Source: Octopus vulgaris
Lineage: Eukaryota
Direction: 5' to 3'
Length of the DNA: 64,000 nucleotides
Assembly (NCBI GenBank): GCA_951406725.2
Contig: OX597825.1
Coordinates: 22,196,001-22,260,000, forward strand
The notes under the pieces were generated by a model. The model was not told where the DNA came from. It saw only the letters and a list, made by a program, of their open reading frames with translations, and searched no databases. The translations under genes were made by a program, and so were the position numbers. Below are positions 54,244 through 64,000 of this stretch, one piece after another. Positions within the stretch are counted from its first letter, which is position 1. Each line of letters begins with the position of its first letter.

Positions 54244-54734
54244 TGTACTTGTGATATTTTTCTGTTTTTACCTCCATACCTTCGTGAGTTATTTTGAGTA
54301 AACATTATCAGAGAGAAATTTTTTTAAGTAGTGGAAATGGCAAAAAAACTTTTTTTTTTTGGCTGCTATTTCTAGCAAGTTCAGTATGTGGCAAAGTAAT
54401 TTATTTTACTAAGCCCTAATTATATAATGTAATATTTTGAATTCGCCTTAAATGGTCCTTTTACATACTGAATACTTGGTGAAATTGATTAATAACTAAT
54501 TGATTTTACCCTCAATTGTTGATATTATAATTCATTTCTCTCTGTCATATTGCCTCGGTTCTCACCGTTAAAATATAATGTTTGCTAGATAACCCACGTG
54601 GGTGGAAGGGGAGAGCAGGGAATCTTCGCTTGCACATTTTGAATTTGTTGGTACTGGCAGTCTGAACGGGTCATCTGAGGTGATAAGTCGCCAAAGGGTA
54701 TGTTCTTTCTTTTTAGTGCTTCCAAATCCAAAAT

Positions 54735-54811
54735 AAGAAATGTTGAGCTGACGAAAGGAATGCTGAGTTTATTTGGCTAATCTAGAAACGTTAACGTTCT
54801 CAAATAATCTT
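54735..54811 (+). ncRNA. Type I hammerhead ribozyme motif, copy 2
   Basis: Same sequence 568 nt downstream (core at 54748, cleavage after 54798). Confidence 0.7.
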
Positions 54812-55008
54812 TGTACTTGTGATATTTTTCTGTTTTTACCTCCATACCTTCGTGAGTTATTTTGAGTAAACATTATCTGAGAGAAATTTTCTTTAAGTAG
54901 TGGAAGTGGCAAAAACACTTTTTTTATGGCTGCTATTTCTAGCAAGTTCAGTATGTGGCAAAGTAATTTATTTTACTAAGCCCTAATTATATAATATATA
55001 TATATATT

Positions 55009-55061
<53 letters not shown>

Positions 55062-55070
55062 GTAGTAGAG

Positions 55071-55230
55071 GGGTAGGAGTGGCTGTGTGGTAAGTAGCTT
55101 GCTAACAAGGCACATGGTTCCAGATTCAGTCCCAATGCGTGACACCTTGAGCAAGTGTTTTCTAATATAGCCTCGGGCCACCCAAAGCCTTGTGAGTAGA
55201 TTTGGTAGACGGGAACTGAAAGAAGCCCGT

Positions 55231-55284
<54 letters not shown>

Positions 55285-55551
55285 TATATATGTATATAAA
55301 TATATATATGTATGAATGTGTGTAAATATTTGTGTGTCTATGTTTGTCCCCCCAACATCGCTTGACAATCAATGCTGGTGTGTTTACGTCCCCGTAACTT
55401 AGCGATTCGGCAAAAAAAGACCAATAGACGAAGTACTAGACTTACAAAGAATACGTCCCGGGGTCGATTTGCTCAACTAAAAGCGGTGCTTCAGCATGGC
55501 CACAGTCACATGACTGAAACACGTAAAAGAGTAAAAGCGAGTAAAAGAGTA
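55071..55551 (+). mobile_element. SINE family B full copy with internal (TA)n
   Basis: Head ggagtggctgtgtggtaagtagcttgc through tail gtaaaagagtaaaagcgagtaaaagag. Confidence 0.9.
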
Positions 55552-55933
55552 TATTCCAATGAATGTATGTATGTATATATGTATGCGTATATATATATAT
55601 ATATATATATATATGCATACATATATATTCATACATATATACATACGCCTGCGCTTGTATGCTTCTATGTATAGTTATGCATATGTAAAATTTTAGTTTT
55701 AATCAGCTGCACATTCTATCAAATTAACACGTTGTTTTCATTTGCCACTTTTGACATCAAGAGTAGATTGAGTTTCAACAATTTCTTCTTCAATACACAT
55801 GGGCGTATTTATTTTTTTTTTCTATCACATTAGAAAACTACTTAAAGCTAACACTTTCTAAGGCAGATCTATTCGAGGTGTCATGACTGCACTTAGGATA
55901 GCTCAATAAATAAATATGTGAATATCGTATATA

Positions 55934-55990
<57 letters not shown>

Positions 55991-56091
55991 CATCGTTTCT
56001 GATGATGATTAGGAGGACAATGATAATGGCGATTCGCAATGTTGATAATGATGATTGCGAGCATATGATGACCATATACATACATGCATAT

Positions 56092-56149
<58 letters not shown>

Positions 56150-56195
56150 ACATAGAAAGGTAGACAGATATATATATATATGTATGTATGTATGC

Positions 56196-56258
<63 letters not shown>

Positions 56259-56779
56259 TATGTGTGTCTGTGTGTGTGTGTATACATACATACAAATATG
56301 TGTATATGTATAGACAATTGTATATATATATATATATATATGCATATGCATTAGAAATAGATGAATTAACAAGCAAAGCACATGGTGTCACCTTAGAATA
56401 TATAAGTTATAATCCAAACAAAACTGCAAGGGTTTTAGAGAAATTTAGTGCTTTATATGTAATGCATAAAATCCCTTACAGCTGTTTCAAAAATACGTGT
56501 GCATATGGTATATAGGATATTGAGCAAAGATTTCCATACATATATACATACATCAACATGTCGAATAGAGAGATTTTGGTTGAGAGGACCAGTCATTCCT
56601 CTCCGAGAATGAATACTATCTCCCATAATCTTTGCTATCAGTGCATTCCTGGCAAAGGAAATAGGCATTTTCTTTGAGTAAAAAGTCAAACAAACTTCTT
56701 TTGAAAAGATTGTCACCGTAACCAAACATGAAAATACATAGCACGTGGAAAAATTACTATATGGTCACCTGTGGAAAGA

Positions 56780-58470
56780 AAGAACCTGGTATCATTTACC
56801 ACAGATCGCGGAACTATCGAGATAAATTCCAGTGGAAATATCAACTGAAACAGGACCTTTATCAGTGCTATAAAAATGCGTGGAAAGATCCCCCGATAGG
56901 CTACATGAAAGGTCTTTAAAAATATTGGGATAATAAATTCCCGTTATTCCCAATATTTTCAGCAAAACAATTACCATAGCAACTTCCATCTCTTGAAAAG
57001 AAATTTGTTAGCTTACCAAATAAAATCATTTTTTCATAAATGATAATTCTCTTATTAGTAATAAAGTAAACGCTTTATGCGAAGAGACTGCGAACAACAA
57101 AGAGCACGACCACGAAGAATGCAATAACAAACCGACACCACTACGCAGATATGTGGCAACCGCTTATGATTGAACAATAAGAACCGATATCAAAATCTCA
57201 GCATGCATCGAAGTTCAAATGGAACATCACTACTTATGTGCATAAGGCATTGCGTGAGAGAATAATACCGATACGATTGGTCAAACCTCACCGACCTGAT
57301 GTTTTCTGTGTTCGACGAAATTGCGAGAGCACAAGTAGTTCTAATTCAAACTCCCAAAATTTGGAGAACAAACGTGCTTCTTTGTGCGACAGTAACTGTG
57401 CACGTACACATGGGAGAAATAGATGCCTGTCCAAAGGATAGCACACAGACAAACATGGATTACTTTCTTCCAAAATAACATGAAGAGTCTCAGGGAAAAG
57501 ATAGGACAGTTGGACTCTGTCATCAAATTCAGTGCTAAGAATGTGGTTAGGAATCACCATTTACCACTGCATGATAAATTCTCCAGACTGCATAGGAACT
57601 GCTGCCGAAAACATTCACATCAGACACGATCTAAATAGAAGCTTGGGAGAGAAGCAGACATCGTACCAACAAAAAGTATTGCATGGTTACATATGCTGTA
57701 AGAACAGATTTGGCAGTAAGAGTAGCCTCTTCTGGCCCTGCATTAAATAACTTACATTCCACCGCCAATGATATGCCTTCAATATCTAGGAACCGGAGAT
57801 AGCTGCAAAATACCTGTTAAACAAGAGGAACAAAGATACTACCAAACCTCCACATTCTGATATACCAGTGTGGGAGATGTCGTTCATATTATCAAAATGT
57901 CTACGGAATACTTCCTGCCAGTGAGGCATGAAATAGTGGCAGAGATTATTTACAACACTGTCCGTAAGAAGGAATGTCCGCAAGAAGGAATGTTCTCAAG
58001 AAGGAATATACCTCAAAGGCATGTCAGAACCAGCTGGTATTTCACACCTTTGAAAACAAGGAATACTAATGGAACACTCCAATAAAACATCAATTATGTG
58101 CAAACATAACAGACCAGATATTATTTTGTGAGATATGGAACAAGATCCATGCACTGTGGTAGGGGTCAGCTACCTAGCGGATGTGAATGCAGAATCAAAA
58201 TCCAGGAAAACGAGGATATTTATGGTGAATTAATGCGGAAACTACAACTGATGTACCCGGATTATGAATTCCCATTTGTACCTATCAACAGAAGTACGTT
58301 ATTTTATGTGCGAACAAATATGCACAAATGCGTAGGAATACTCGGTGTCACGGAAGAAAGTGCAAAAGAAACTGCCGCGTATTCCCCAAATCCATTATTC
58401 TATTGTGGCACAATAAAGATTTGTAAAACATCGCAGAAACTCTCTGAGATTCTTATGTGAATAAATGCAT
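56780..58470 (+). mobile_element. R4/Dong-type LINE derivative: N-terminal region fused to post-RT/RLE region, RT absent
   Basis: KQDLYQCYKNAWKDPPIGYMKGL*KYWD and WITFFQNNMKSLREKIGQL, then QQKVLHGY, LPVRHEIVAEIIYN, KHNRPDII, ENEDIYGELMRKLQLMYPDYEF; same family as 46575-48140. Confidence 0.8.
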
Positions 58471-58687
58471 ACACTTGGGTACATGTATTGACAATACAGC
58501 TAACACAGCACATCAACCACGTATTTACACACACTGGGAACTCTCTTAACTCGAAATGATTATCGATTTGTTAGCGACAGTCTTGAACTCTCTAAAGAGG
58601 TACTTAAATAAAAATTACACACGCACATACACTCACACTTACACACACACACATCTATATATATTATCTGTGTATATAAAAGGCAGG

Positions 58688-58736
<49 letters not shown>

Positions 58737-59135
58737 TGAATGTAATTTATGCACGTCCACAAATTATCATGCATGTCGCTTCAATTTTAGGAGGACATTC
58801 GTCATGACGCTAGCTGTATTTTCGTCAACTTATTTTTCCAAGAGGCACCAGCGAATAGCAGTAAAGATAGATTTTCAACGAAAACTGTTAACAATTTTCA
58901 AGTCGGAAATATTTGCAAACAGGAGTAAATTTTTGTTAAGATTTTGTTGTTTGTTTTTCATCGAGGAAAATTGTTTTGTTGATATACGGGCAGCACACAC
59001 ATGTAAGCGTACAAAAACCATGTATGTAATAGGTCTAAGTACGTACGTGTGTGTATGTGTGTGGTGCCCATATATCTATCTATATATCCATCTATCTATC
59101 TCTCTATCTATCTACCTATCTCTCTATATATATAA

Positions 59136-59170
<35 letters not shown>

Positions 59171-59261
59171 AATTTCAACAGATTTCGCACAATTTTGACG
59201 TCGATGTTACTTAGTGTGGTTTGAAATAAAGAAATTGATTAACTTAATAATCCCAACATAG

Positions 59262-59286
59262 TCCCGGGCAAAACCGGGTTATACTG

Positions 59287-59291
<5 letters not shown>
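59262..59291 (+). mobile_element. Helitron 3' end remnant
   Basis: cccgggcaaaaccgggttatactgctaat resembles the 3' hairpin and end of the 28582 element (cccgagcaacgccgggcgatactgctagt). Confidence 0.55.
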
Positions 59292-59345
<54 letters not shown>

Positions 59346-59513
59346 GTATACGCATAAATATATATACATATTTGCATATCGATTTTTGCATACGAAGATA
59401 CCATTAACGTAGCTAAAGATAATCATATCTATGTAAACAAATAATATTCACACGATCAGACATTAGTCTTGTGTCCGTGATCCTGATCGTAATCTTCATT
59501 GCTTCTACATTAT

Positions 59514-59560
59514 TTAGACTGGATCGAGTTCCCTCTTGGAGTTTATGAGAATGAAAGTAG
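59514..59560 (-). CDS. Candidate alternative terminal exon (phase 1): x-TFILINSKRELDPV*
   Basis: Strong acceptor ttaatttctatttactgtcctgcag|C; phase 1 matches the entry phase of exon 45879. Confidence 0.35.
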
Positions 59561-59973
59561 CTGCAGGACAGTAAATAGAAATTAATTTCTCATCTTGAGT
59601 TTGAGGGTGTCATATCCACAATCTAGATGGATTATTCATGCTAGATAAATTTAAGCACGTATTTATTTACTCAGATATAGGCAATAGTCAGATTAATTCT
59701 AAGATTGTAAACACGGTCGCAGCATTTGCAGAGTAATAAAATACCCAATTAAAATATCTAAGGATCTGGGACAAAATTGTTGATGTTACTATTAATATAA
59801 TTATGGGCAGTCATCCTGACCTATTTAATACGTAAACATATACAAATACAAACGATATCATTTGCAAAATGGCCCACCCTCTGTCTGTCTGTCCCCCTCC
59901 CTCTCTCTCCCTGTCTCTCCACACACAGACTCATTTAAACCCAATGCTGTTTGGCCACTTGACGCAAAATATA

Positions 59974-60144
59974 GGCGCAGGAGTGGCTGTGTGGTAAGTA
60001 GCTTGCTTACTAACCACATGGTTCTGGGTTCAGTCCCACTGCGTGGCACCTTGGGCGAGTGTCTTCTTCTATAGCCTCGGACCGACCAAAGCCTTGTGAG
60101 TGGATTTGATAGACGGAAACTGAAAGAAGCCCGTCGTATATATG

Positions 60145-60233
<89 letters not shown>

Positions 60234-60460
60234 TATGTGCGGATTTGTGTGTCTGTGTTTGTCCCCCCAGTATCGCATGACAACCGATGCTGGCGTGTTT
60301 ACATCCCCGTAACTTAGCTGTTCGGCAAAAGAGACCGATAGAATAAATACTGGGCTTACAAAGAATAAGTCCTGGGGTCGATTTGCTCGACTAAAGGCGG
60401 TTCTCCAGCATGGTCGCAGTCAAATGACTGAAACAAGTAAAAGAGCAAAAGAGTAAAAGA
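59974..60460 (+). mobile_element. SINE family B, best-preserved full copy with internal (TA)n(TG)n
   Basis: ggcgcaggagtggctgtgtggtaag...ggttcagtccc...gaagcccgtcg-(TA)n(TG)n-tgtttgtcccccc...tgactgaaacaagtaaaagag. Confidence 0.92.
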
Positions 60461-60674
60461 ATAAAATAATGTATTCATTATTCACTCCTTAATCAAATTT
60501 ATAAAGATCGTTATATTTTCTATCTACGCTGCTCTGGCACAAATAAACCAATACTTCTGTTCGTGTATATGCCACTCTCGTTATGTATAGCACTACGTAA
60601 TTTGTCTTTGATACACTCCGGAAAAGTTAACTATAGCTGGACTGCGTTGCCGTGCCTCGCTTGTTTGTATATTG

Positions 60675-61252
60675 ATTTCAAATTTTGGCACAAGGCCAGG
60701 GATTTTGGGTGAAGGTGCTAGTCGATTATATTGATTACAGTGTTTCTTAATTTATTGACCCTGGAAAGGATGAAAGGCAAAATCGACATCGGTGTAATTT
60801 GAACCCATAACCTACAAACAGACAAAATACGGCTGAGAATTTTGACCGGCTCGGCGCGCGTTCTACTGTAGGCACAAGGCCATAAAATGGTGTGTAACTG
60901 GTATTTATGTCATCGACCCCGAAATGATGAAAGGCAAAGTCGACCTCGGTGGAATTTGAACTCAGAACATAACGGCAGACGAAATTTTGCAAAACACTTC
61001 TCCAGCGTGCGAACAATTTTTATTTCTTTACTGCCCACAAGGGGTTACACACATAGGGGAAAAACAAGGACAGGCAAACGGATTAAGTCGATTATATCGA
61101 CCCAAGTGCGTAACTGGTACTTATTTAATCGATCCCGAAAGGATGAAAGGCAAAGTCGAACAAGGCGGAATTCGAACTCAGAACGTAACGGCAGATGAAC
61201 TACCGCTAAAAACTTCTCCCGTCGTACTAACGATTCTACCAGCTTACCACCT
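60675..61252 (-). mobile_element. Three stacked SINE family A copies
   Basis: Cores gatgaaaggcaaa(a/g)tcga at ~60768, 60926 and 61141. Confidence 0.85.
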
Positions 61253-61299
61253 TTCACTCGTTCATATACTTAAAACACATCTTACTACTTAGGAATAGT

Positions 61300-62300
61300 G
61301 TTTCATCTTTGTATTTACCACTACACTATATATACGATACCAGTACGTTCTCATTCTTTTATTTACCTTCTTAAAGCTTTCATTAAATTCAGTTTCTAAA
61401 AAAGCCATCTTACTATAAAAATCCAAGATACTTCAACTTGTTTGACTCGAAAAATATCTGTTAGTCAATGACACGTTTATTCTATCCGCTTAGTCGGTCT
61501 TCCTAATCCTCGTTTTATTGATGTTTATCATTAAGAGATTATGTTTGCCTATTTCTTCAAAATTGTATGTAATTCTTCATGTTTTTGATGTTGCATTGCT
61601 AAACTTAAGAATGCCATCTGCATAATCTAATTACATCAAATGTTTTCAATTTTAAAACATTTCCCTTCATCACAGATTATCTTCTTCATGCTTCATTTAA
61701 TTATAACATCGAGGCGATAAAAGATGTCGCAATAGTGCCTCCAGTCACATTACTTAATCTACAGAGTCAATAAAAGTATGTCTGTGATCAAATATTTTAA
61801 AGATATTCCATTGAGTGAGATATTTCTCTAGACATACTGCGAGATAAAACATATATAAAACGTAACCCATGGCATCAGTCAGCTAAAGTTAATTCTCAAA
61901 AGATCTGGACTATCTTGTTGCTACAATAAAATGAACACTGCTAGCGCTCAACAATGGATGAAACTTTTATACTCGCTATGTTCAAATTTTTCATTGGGTG
62001 TATCTGAGATGGATACTTTCTCACAATACATTGAATATCTTAATGTTTCATTTGCTCTTCCGTGAACTAATTAAATTTGCCACTTGACATAAAAACAATG
62101 AATTGTCTTTAGGCTTTTGCTTTTCTTAACGTAAATCAATTCTCTTTAGTTACAAACAATAGAGCAAATATGAAGGCAATATAAATAAATTCAAAATCAT
62201 ATTATGGTAACTGAGCTGATGCCAATTCTTAAGAAAAATCGCAGACAGTTTAGAAATAAATTTCAGTATATATAATTATATCATTTATTAAGAATTCATT
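61300..62300 (-). mobile_element. Very decayed LINE reverse-transcriptase remnant (RTE-like)
   Basis: Minus-strand LDYADGI (~61610-61631), LMININKTRI and NKLKYLGF, in RT domain order. Confidence 0.45.
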
Positions 62301-62799
62301 GAAAAAATTATGTTTTAGCGCCAACAACTGACAGTTAAGCAGGAATTTTGCCATCATGTTACTGTTTCCCTTGTCCATATTGGTACATAAAAAACACTAA
62401 GATTCAGATCCTAAATATGTACTCAAAATTAGGCAGAAAATCAAGAAACATACACAGAAATACGATATTTTAAGCGGGCAGATAGTTCAAACCTTTGATA
62501 TATGGAGTGCATTTGAAAAAGCACTGCAAATACACACTCATACATAAGATTAGGTGAATTGATAGAAAAGTTGGTTGCACTTATTACGAGCATCACCTAA
62601 GAAATCAAACACGTGTGTTTTTTTTTTTTTTGTTTTCAAACCAATAGCAGAAAACACAGAGATACCTCGGATTTATTCGATTGAATAAATTCATGCATTT
62701 TCTCTTCTTGCATATCTCGAATTTTATCTAGCACAAATCTATACATTTACATGCATACGTACATAGATGTGTATCTATGTATACAAATCTATATAAGTG

Positions 62800-62812
62800 T
62801 ATATACATATAC

Positions 62813-62877
<65 letters not shown>

Positions 62878-62890
62878 AATACACACACAC

Positions 62891-62941
<51 letters not shown>

Positions 62942-62964
62942 CACAAATACACACACACACACAT

Positions 62965-63011
<47 letters not shown>

Positions 63012-63028
63012 CACAAATACACACACAC

Positions 63029-63100
<72 letters not shown>
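62800..63100. repeat. Higher-order compound microsatellite: (TA)n-cacaaata-(CA)n unit repeated three times
   Basis: acacaaatacacacac recurs at ~62873, 62941 and 63011. Confidence 0.9.
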
Positions 63101-63104
<4 letters not shown>

Positions 63105-63594
63105 GAGTCGGCAAGTGAAAGAAAGTAACACTCAGTGCATTTTATAGATTTTACATATGCTATTTAATAAACGTTTGGCTCAGCTCCATGGAACATAATG
63201 TTTAGTAGATTCGCACAACGAAACTAATTTGTCAGGCATCTGGAAGTAGACTAAGAGAATATGAAACAAATTCAAGGTAATTTCTAGATGTTAGGTTTGT
63301 CCATGTTAGGTCAGACCGTAAACGGAAGAAAGTTAGATAGGGAAAGATAATCTGACGGAATTCTTCATTTAAGGAAAAAATTTCAACGAAAATAGCTAGG
63401 ATTTTCTTGACACTAATTAAAAAAATATTTACGACGAAAATATGAATGTTATAACATTTTCAACACTAACAACGTCAAGGTTAGTTACTCCTGAATACGC
63501 AGCTAATATCACGCGGTACAATAAATGCAAACACATACTTAAGCAGCAGTCGGCAATACATACCCCACTATGTAAAAGGCGACATTCTACTAAA

Positions 63595-64000
63595 TGCCCA
63601 TTGAGACGTTGTTTCATCTCAGAGGCTGTGATCGACAGAGTCACCCTCATATCAGCAACTATCCGATGATACTACATGACAGCCAATGACTTTAATGGAA
63701 GTTATACACCGCATATGCGATCTTTCAGATGTGGGGATAGGTAAAAATCTGCCTCCTGGTTTTGCTTTGTCATTAGACTCCATGGACATCAACACAACTT
63801 CCCGAATTCGAATAGCGTATAAGTGATCGAGCCCATATGTACTTACAATTGCCAATTTTGCAATATCGATCAACTAGAAGAGTGAAATATATTTTTGTTG
63901 TCACCAAAAGTACTTGTTATCAACAAGGAAGTGGTAGACGACCGTACATGCTTACCGCCTTATCCTGGTTGCTCTATACTCAAATGCACACTACATGAGC
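63595..64000 (-). mobile_element. Possible decayed Penelope-like 3' end
   Basis: YAIRIREVVLM...NQEADFYLSPHLK resembles the GIY-YIG tail (RKIREA.EI..N..EG..LS), followed by hammerhead-like CTGATATGA...GAAACAACGTC at 63602-63657. Confidence 0.35.

Larger units (their letters stand above)
53486..54994 (+). repeat. ~2.2 tandem copies of a 568-bp unit (starts 53747, 54311, 54879) preceded by an inverted partial copy (53486-53749); retrozyme / Penelope pLTR-like
   Basis: Near-identical units read directly; 53486-53749 is the reverse complement of 53943-54207; (AT)n on both outer flanks. Confidence 0.93.

Noticed and set aside
53486-54994. CRISPR array or LTR-retrotransposon interpretation of the repeats
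   Set aside because: Eukaryotic context, no repeat-spacer pattern; units are adjacent with no internal coding region or TG..CA ends
61414-61457. Minus-strand exon-like segment (gactaacag|...|gtaaga)
   Set aside because: Reads NKLKYLGF and lies in a decayed LINE RT remnant

Overview
AT-rich, microsatellite-dense eukaryotic DNA. The tRNA-derived SINE families and repeat landscape look like an Octopus (coleoid cephalopod) genome; this is inferred from recognised repeat sequence, not from a search. Nearly all ORFs in the supplied track are microsatellite or SINE artefacts. Most of the window is decayed transposons: at least four SINE head families, R4/Dong-type RLE LINE fragments (several ending in (TAA)n), Penelope-like remnants, mariner fragments, a Chapaev3-type transposase remnant, a non-autonomous Helitron and a HINE. 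Two less obvious features stand out. (1) At 53486-54994 a 568-bp unit is repeated about 2.2 times in tandem with an inverted partial copy. Each full unit carries a type I hammerhead ribozyme motif, a retrozyme / Penelope-pLTR-like architecture, and decayed hammerhead-like motifs lie on the opposite strand. (2) The minus strand appears to carry the 3' end of an unidentified host gene made of very short phase-compatible exons (...[62 protein letters not shown]), plus several candidate alternative terminal exons. All exon and ribozyme calls were made by eye and need RNA or covariance-model confirmation.
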